This document shows, piece by piece, positions 56,087-64,000 of a stretch of 64,000 nucleotides of DNA. Location: NCBI GenBank assembly GCA_951406725.2, contig OX597819.1:17980001-18044000 (forward strand), written 5' to 3'. The translations under genes were made by a program, and so were the position numbers. The notes beneath the pieces are model-generated. The model made no database searches. It worked only from the letters and a program-made list of their open reading frames with translations, and was not told where the DNA came from. Each line of letters opens with the position of its first letter. Position 1 is the first letter of the stretch. Origin of the DNA: Octopus vulgaris. Its lineage: Eukaryota.

Positions 56087-56203
56087 GAAGAAGAAGAAGA
56101 AGAAGAAGAAGAAGAAGAAGAAGAAGAAGAAGAAGAAGAAGAAGAAGAAGAAGAAGAAGAAGAAGAAGAAGAAGAAGAAGAAGAAGAAGAAGAAGAAAGA
56201 AGA
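56087..56203. repeat. (GAA)n
   Basis: Direct reading. Confidence 0.97.
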
Positions 56204-57419
56204 ATTTGTAAAACAGGCGGAAGATGAAATTTAACGAAAGGAGGTTAGTTGATTATAATGCTTAACTGATGCTTCCTTTTAACAGCCCCCCCCCCGCTGG
56301 GCAGAAAAGTTATGATTACCTCGATCGGATTCGAACTCACAATGCAAACATTCTAATAAAACATGTTAATGAAACAGTGAAACACTGGCAAATATTCTTT
56401 CCAATGCACTCGGCCACTATTTCCGTACGCCACTAATAATCTTTTTCTATAATAACGGCCATCTTTACCTATTTTCTATTGAGCAAAATTCGAAACGTGA
56501 TAATATTAATAATATTATTCCATCAGTTATTCGGTGCTTTCAATCTCTAGTACATATAATTCCCTTGTTGAGACATTCAATGCACAATGTATTTGACTTT
56601 CTTTCTTTTTGTTATCGCACTCTCTACACTTCTAATTGTTGATATATTTGTTGATACAATATCCAGCCAATGGTCATTTTATATTTTACATCAATCATTA
56701 TGGAGTTCAATTTTTATTCGATATTTTTGTTACTGGATACTTTGTTCAGTTGATAGATGTCTGCTATCACTGGCCATTGGTGTAATAATAGATTGGTCGT
56801 CAGCAGTCGGTGCTAGAAAAGAAACAAAATATCAAGTTTATAAATGGCAGATGTAATGACGCAATCTCTCCAGGTTTTGTATATTTGCCACCATATATAC
56901 ATACACATACACACACACATACATATATATATATGTACGAACTTAAACATCTATACACACACGCACATACAAACACACATACATACATACTTATTTGTAT
57001 GCGTACATGTTTTAGTGTGGCCGTGTATTTATTAATATCAAGAGCAGAATTATCGCGTGTTACTGAACTCGTTAGAAAGATGTCAACTTGAAATATTAGT
57101 GCTACAGGTAGATGGCGCCTCAAGTCTTCGAGTAGCTCACTTCCGGCATTATTGGTCTCGACAGGCAGCTATTGATGGCTGTCAGGTGATTTAGTACTTT
57201 CATTAACATTTCGTATCCTATTAGAGTTACACGCCTCAAAACTTCATCGATCTTCTATCAGACAATAATGAACTCATACTTACGTGCGCAATACATTTCC
57301 TGCGAAATAATTTAAATATTTGTTGCTGTAATTTGATCAGACACTAGATTGAATGCAAACGTCACCGCAGTTCGCTCTAAAATTCTCCGTTTACTAATTT
57401 ACATTTCTTCCTGGAAAGT

Positions 57420-58260
57420 TCAATTTGGCTGCCTTCTTTGATTATTAACAGAAATTGCAATAAATTGTGAGTTCCAGCTAAAAATGGTTAGCTTGCACTT
57501 ATCTGCACCGCAAACGCCGATGTTATCTTCAAAAGTGCAAGAGACATCAAAAATCACATTTGAGGTATCTGCTGACAAGGCAACAATTATTTCATTTCTT
57601 GTTAAACTCGAAATCAAAACAAACACAGCAGAATCATGCATTTCGACATTTTGCCGCGAGATAAAGCTATCGACTTTAAACAGTCATTAACTGTTGGAGT
57701 TTAAGATTTTAAAACGTATTTGCTACAGAACAAACGCACAAATTGACTGCCTTAAATTTGCAAATCTACAACGGCGGATCGAGTCTCATCTGTATGGTTT
57801 CACTTCTAACATTATTGAAACTGGACATAAATAAACAGTGTCTGTTTTACTCCGAGCGCTGAATCCAGTGACGAGGTGCATTGCATTGCCTCGCCTAAAT
57901 TCCTTCATGTAAAGAACCTATAATATCAGATATTGCTGTTTATACACAACCATTGCGGGAAAGGATGAACAATAATCGAACGTATTCCAGCCATTGTAGT
58001 TACATTTTATTTCTTTGTAGAATTGCAATTATTAAGTGTATCCCAATCGAATTGTACAATATCAAACCAATCGATTTTACCTATTCGTTTTGCACTAGGG
58101 CTTCCACGAGATGTTAGTTAACAGCCCAATCATGCATCCTAGTGCCCATTAGAGATAGCAGTCGTACAAGAACACATATGATAACTGTGCTCAATTGCCG
58201 ACTTTTTCCCAGTAACAACAAACAAGATGTACTCGTCCACCTCCAGCACTACGGTCACAA
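57420..58260 (-). mobile_element. Possible ancient hAT transposase remnant
   Basis: Faint motifs in order: WTS, then MLEVKPYR*DS..RFANLRQSI (cf. LDVKTRWNS..RF..L..AI). Very decayed. Confidence 0.3.
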
Positions 58261-58492
58261 TATTGTCGTGTATAAGTGCCATCTCTGAAGAACACAAGCT
58301 TACATAATCGGGTTGTTATTTAGCATATTTTTACCTTGTTGAACTCCTCGTGCGAAACCCATTGCTGAGATCTGCTGTAATGGATATATAATACTGCACA
58401 TTACCATTATTATGCCCATTCTAATGACAAATGTATGAGCGCATACTTTTTGTTTATGAATTATGGATTTTATAGGGTACACACACACACAC

Positions 58493-58554
<62 letters not shown>

Positions 58555-58605
58555 ATCTATGTATATATATATACACACACACACATATATTTATATATAT
58601 TTTTC

Positions 58606-58667
<62 letters not shown>

Positions 58668-59447
58668 CACAAGAAAAAAGCAACAAGAATGGATTAGTTG
58701 TTCAGTACAATTGTTTCATACGAAGAACAGATTTATTAAAAGCTGCAAATATTGCAGCAAATACAAGTGTCCCGTATTCATCAGTCAAAACACATATGAG
58801 TTTTCCAAACATCCTAGGGGTGAGACTACACTCATGAAGTATCGAAGAGAGTTCTATGAAAAGCAAAGTTAGATTGTAAGCAGACTTAAAATGTTTTCTA
58901 ATGATGTACAGTTTTATAAAACGCTTTTAAAAAAGATTTTTAGCTTCACAGAAAAGGTAAATCCATCCATAATAATGCAGGTGTAATTTCCGGAGATATT
59001 TGGAGAGATTTTATTCTCAGAGAATATTTGCAGCTTTTAATAAATCTGTTCTTCGTATGAAACAATTGTACTGAACAACTAATCCATTCTTCTTGTTTTT
59101 TTCTTGTTTATAATCACCCCACATTATTTTATGGTTAATACCATAAAGATTTCTGGTGCATCTAAGTTAACTACCGCATTCATGTGAATTCATTGGAACT
59201 CACTTGAATCTTAATTGTTTTACTGAAATATATATTTATATATATATATACATATATACACAGACTGACATATATGTATTTCTCTCTATGTATGTATATA
59301 TATATATATATTCATATATGCGGGAGTGCGCGCACGTGTATGAGTGTGAGTTTATAATTTTAAGTGAGTGTGTGCGTTCGCGTGTGTGTGTGTGTTTTCG
59401 CTCCAATAGATAGATAATTAGATAGTTGTATAGCATCAGGTCTCTCT

Positions 59448-59482
<35 letters not shown>

Positions 59483-62400
59483 ATTATGAGAACCATTGTT
59501 TCCAAGAGAGACGATGAGAAATGATATCGTTTTCATTATACTTCAATGTCACTATATATCCCGTTTCTATGCCAACTTCATTTCTATATCACGTCTGGAA
59601 GACAAGATGATTTAGTTTCAGAGAGAGAATGACAACGTTATGTGTATACAAGTCAGACTTACGACAATTGTTCACCTGAACGTTTCAGAGAATCTCCTTA
59701 TATAAATACATATAAGTCAAGAGGAAGCGTTGTTGTTGACAACCGAAGCTGAAGAGAGTAGCCATTAACCAACCAGCCAACCAACCAACCAACCAACCAC
59801 ACAGTCGTCCTCTTTGTCGCTCACGGGGACAATGACGTCATTAATCATTACAGAATGGTCTTGAGACGACGAGGAAGCATCTGGACGGTCACTTGACTGG
59901 CTAGAAATGAAAGCCAGTTCCTTTTTCCAATCATACTGGAGTGTTTTTTTTTTTTTCATTAAGGGAAAATTGGGCAATGTAGCCCTCGCTATACTGTGCC
60001 TATAAAATATGGTATAATCATGTCTGAACAGTCTTTATTACAATCGACTCCTTTTCGGTAGGGCGGATATGGTACGAACCATCACCAAAATCAACAACTG
60101 AACAATGTGTAACATGTAATTCTTTGAAGGAAAGAGTAATTATTGACTGGTTTCGTTGGCTGCAGTTTCTAGCAGATCACCCCATAGTTTAAATTGGAAA
60201 TTATCATTGCTCGCGGAAAGTTTTAACTGAGTCATCTCGCATTCAATTTATTTTAAGTGTGCGCAATGAACTCCCAGTGAGTGGAAACGAAGCATCTATC
60301 TAGGAAGTCTTTATGAAGACCAGGGTTTTCCAAGCATAGATATATCAACGGATAGGATAAAGTGCATGCCGATATTTTTGGCCAGGGCCAGACTTGATGG
60401 AGCGAGTTTGTGGCTAAAGACATTGCAACCTTAACCAGTCCGCTTTTTGCCGTCTCTAGGATTACTTCATGTAACGTGGCCTTAATCCGTTTTAGACGGC
60501 AGGGTTTAGCTTCAAGGATATGTGTGTACTAATTTTAGCGGGTTGAACGATCATGTGAATTACTTTTAGTTGGTTCACACCAACATGCCTAGGCATTAGA
60601 ATGACATTGTTAATTACGTAAATCTTTGAAATGGAAACCTCTATGTTTGATATACAACTATACGACCGTGTTTATAACTATGTATGCAATCACATCAGAT
60701 AATTTCAAATATTAGACAAATGTAAAGAAATATTAATCACATACTTTGCTAGGTATGGTAGTGCGGCCAATATTTTCAAAGTCTGTCTTGTAGATTTGTA
60801 TCTGCTTCAAATCTTTGAATAGTATTTTTACGTAATGTTGCGGATATGCTGTTACTTCTGAAATATTTACAAAAAAAAGAGGAATACAACAATAGACAGA
60901 ACCGCGAGTGACTCGAACTAGGACCTGTTCCTTATGATGAGGATTGTTTTCCTATCACAAACAATTAGTTGTATATCAAGTCCCATACTATGTCCCTGGT
61001 TTATGCCAAATACAATACAATCCAGAATCAATGAAAAATAGTTTAGCTCACTTTTCTTTGATCTTAGAATCTTTTCAGCAATGTTCTGCTAATTTCTTCT
61101 TTATATGTGGAACTAGTGAAACATTTACCAGCATCTCTTTCTAGTATTGATATGTCACAGTACAAAAGTTCACCTGGGGACTTTGATCAGAAACATTCTA
61201 CTGATGCAGCATTTTTCATATTTCAGTTGTTCGTGTGTTAAGACACACGGCTCTTCTTTCATGTTGATAGTTTATTTAACAGCCACAATCTTATCGGATT
61301 AGTATCCATTAAAAACGGCGAGACCCAACTAACTGGAAATAACAATCCTTCCATTGTCTCAGATGTTACCTATTCCCATTTTCCTTTAAGTATTTTAGAA
61401 TTATTTTGTTCATAAAAAGATGTAATCCACCCGTTTGATTGTGTATTGTGCGATTTACACTTACTTTTTTTTTATAATTTTCCCCATTATTAGAAAGAGT
61501 TCTGAGATAGATACCTATATTCTGGACGGCTGTCTTACTCACAGCGGCCTTTATGAACCCATCAAATCATGACAGATATCTGTCACAATTTTCTAAAAAC
61601 ATCTTAGACCTATAGAGACATGTCTCATTTATCTTGATATTTTCTTTACATTCCCATTTCCCACTATATAACACAATTAATGAAGACCATCCAACTTAAA
61701 TGAATTTGTTTTAATAGACTTTTCTCTGACAAGTTTCAACTTTGACTTGAACGAAATTTTAGTTTTGGTTATTTTACAGTCAGTAAAAACATCAAACAAA
61801 CTGTAACATTTATAGCATCTTTGTCTGGTTGCATCTGAATGTATTGACTATGAGACACACACGAACGTCTTCCTCAATCAATGAGATCAGGAAAGTCAAT
61901 AGAAATATATAGCTTATGTTCTTAAATTGATAAAAGAGAAGTGAGGCCTGTGTTTGCTGCTATAAAGTAAGTCAATGACCCAAATAAAAACACATCAACT
62001 TGTAGTGCAGTTAGTCAAAGTAAAGTAGAGGAAGAATATGAACATAACGATTTCTAGAAGACAGATATTTTTTCTTATCCAGAAATATAGTTTTACTAAT
62101 GGTTAACACATAAAAGAGACGAAAGTAACAATTTGTTTTGAAATATCATATTAATATGACATAAGGTTGACATCTCGTGCGTTGTATACTCACCCACGTC
62201 TTTGTGACAGAGCAACTTCAAAGGAATAACCGATAAGTGTTTCCAAAGATAAAATGTACGATATAGTTATGAAATATCGATTTCTTAATTCCATTATGTA
62301 GCATCCGTTAAAGTTAAGCTGTAGCAGAATCAGGAAGTAGTGGTGTTAATGACCTATCTGCAGGACATTCCTCACTCAAACTGTAATCTACACTTAACAA

Positions 62401-63028
62401 AATATTTCAAGTGATCGCTTCTTTTCTTCCATTCCTTCCCAAACAGGCAGGACTAAGCCTTTAGATAATGTGTCACATCGAGACCGTCGCAGCCGATGCA
62501 CGAGAAGAGACTATTGATTTCACAATGCCAGCAAGTGGGGGTGGGGAAAGGGACTAGTGGATTACATCGACCACAGTGCTCAGCTAATACTTATTTTATC
62601 GACCCCGAAGGGATGGAATGTAAAGTCGACCTCTTCCGGATTTGAACTTAAAACATAAAGGCGGACGGAGAGCAGCCAAGCATGTTGCCCGGCGTGCTAA
62701 CGATCCTGCCGTCCGACTGCCTTAATACTCGAGATAGTATTAAAATTCTGTTAGTCATATTTAGTTGGGAAATAATTTGAAGATAAGAGAAAATATATGG
62801 TGAAGGTTTTGATTTTTATGGTTGAAATGTTTTATAGACAACGAGTGAAAAAGAAAATGGTGAATCGTAACTATTAGAGGCACAGGAGCGGCTATAATTT
62901 TAATAGGTGACAAAAAGATTTCGTAAACTGTCTGAAGTGTCTTCATGAATTAAGGTATCATATAGGTGGCTACATTTTTACGCTGGAAAACAGATGGTAA
63001 AGACAGTTTAAGCAACAACAACAACAGC

Positions 63029-63107
<79 letters not shown>

Positions 63108-64000
63108 GTAGTAGTAACATTATTGAAAATAATTGTTGTCTTCAAGGAAGCCAACACATAGAATTTGGAGGATGGAAGGAGAAAATAGCTAATAAATAGA
63201 CAAATATATATATATAGATAAATAAATAAAAACTTATTTGGAAAAATGTTTATAAAATACCATGATAGTACGGTGGCAAGAAATGCCTCTAAATTTCGAA
63301 GACACGATTGGACAAAATATTGAAGTGGAAAAAAGAAAAAAACTGAAGTGTTTGACAAAGGCGCGGTGTTACATTGCTACGGCAGACTAAATTTTCCCAA
63401 CTCTCTCTCTTTTACTCTCTTTTACTTGTTTCAGTCATTTGACTGTGGCCATGCTGGGGCACCGCCTTTAGAGAAACTATGATAAATAAATCACGGGGCA
63501 GAATATATTCTCTCTACATGTTTGTCCATAAGGGCAGCAATTTTGAGGTAAGGTGAAAATTGATTGCATCGACTTGATTGGAATTTATTTAATCGATCTC
63601 GAAGTTACGAAAGCCAAAGTCGATCTCGGTACAGTTTGAAGACAGACCAAAGGAAAGAACCGGAAGAAATGCCACGAAACATTTTGTCCAGAACTCTAAT
63701 GATTCAATAAATAAACAATAATAAATGATAACTCCTAAACATTGTAATTGCCAAAAGACATCTCCAAAGGAAAACGATAGAATGAAGGTGTTATTACATG
63801 TGAAATTCTGAAGAGGTGTTATAAACCCATATCGAAGACTCGGGGAAGGAAGTACAACGTTTAGTTTAATATTGTTATTGCCATCAATGGCCTTATGACG
63901 ATAAATGCCTTTCGACCAAACATTTAATGACGCAGAAAGCTTCGCAAGTGATTCATTTCTGTATATTTTTTCTAGTTTCCTTTGACTAATGCAATACATG

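Noticed and set aside
60600-62300. Faint hAT-like peptide traces (e.g. NYFSLILDC on the minus strand)
   Set aside because: Too decayed to delimit or classify by eye.

Overview
AT-rich eukaryotic DNA, very rich in microsatellites and transposons. The SINE families and the (TA)n/(ACAT)n/(TCTA)n load look like a cephalopod (Octopus-like) genome; this is my recollection, not a search result. No host protein-coding gene can be supported, and nearly all ORFs in the track are microsatellite translations. The only long real ORF is a 5'-truncated, otherwise uninterrupted Penelope-like retroelement (PLE) on the minus strand at 9058-10699, with RT, a Cx4CxxC linker and a C-terminal GIY-YIG endonuclease (Neptune-type). 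Its 449-bp terminal repeat is also present as a near-identical inverted copy (6896-7344 vs 8385-8833), and both copies carry a minimal type-I hammerhead ribozyme (HHR) fold with a non-canonical CCGAAGA core. Reading both strands by eye gave about nine HHR-like motifs from at least five short element families, mostly in or beside (TA)n tracts. One is fully canonical (14553-14650); the others have variant or decayed cores and mostly palindromic stem-III loops. Also present: a tRNA-like cloverleaf inside a 25-bp inverted repeat within a direct-repeat-bounded element, a tandem SINE trimer, many tRNA-derived SINEs, and decayed CR1-, RTE-, R4/Dong-, PLE-, mariner/Tc1-, Chapaev- and hAT-like remnants. 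All RNA folds were derived by hand and none has been tested.
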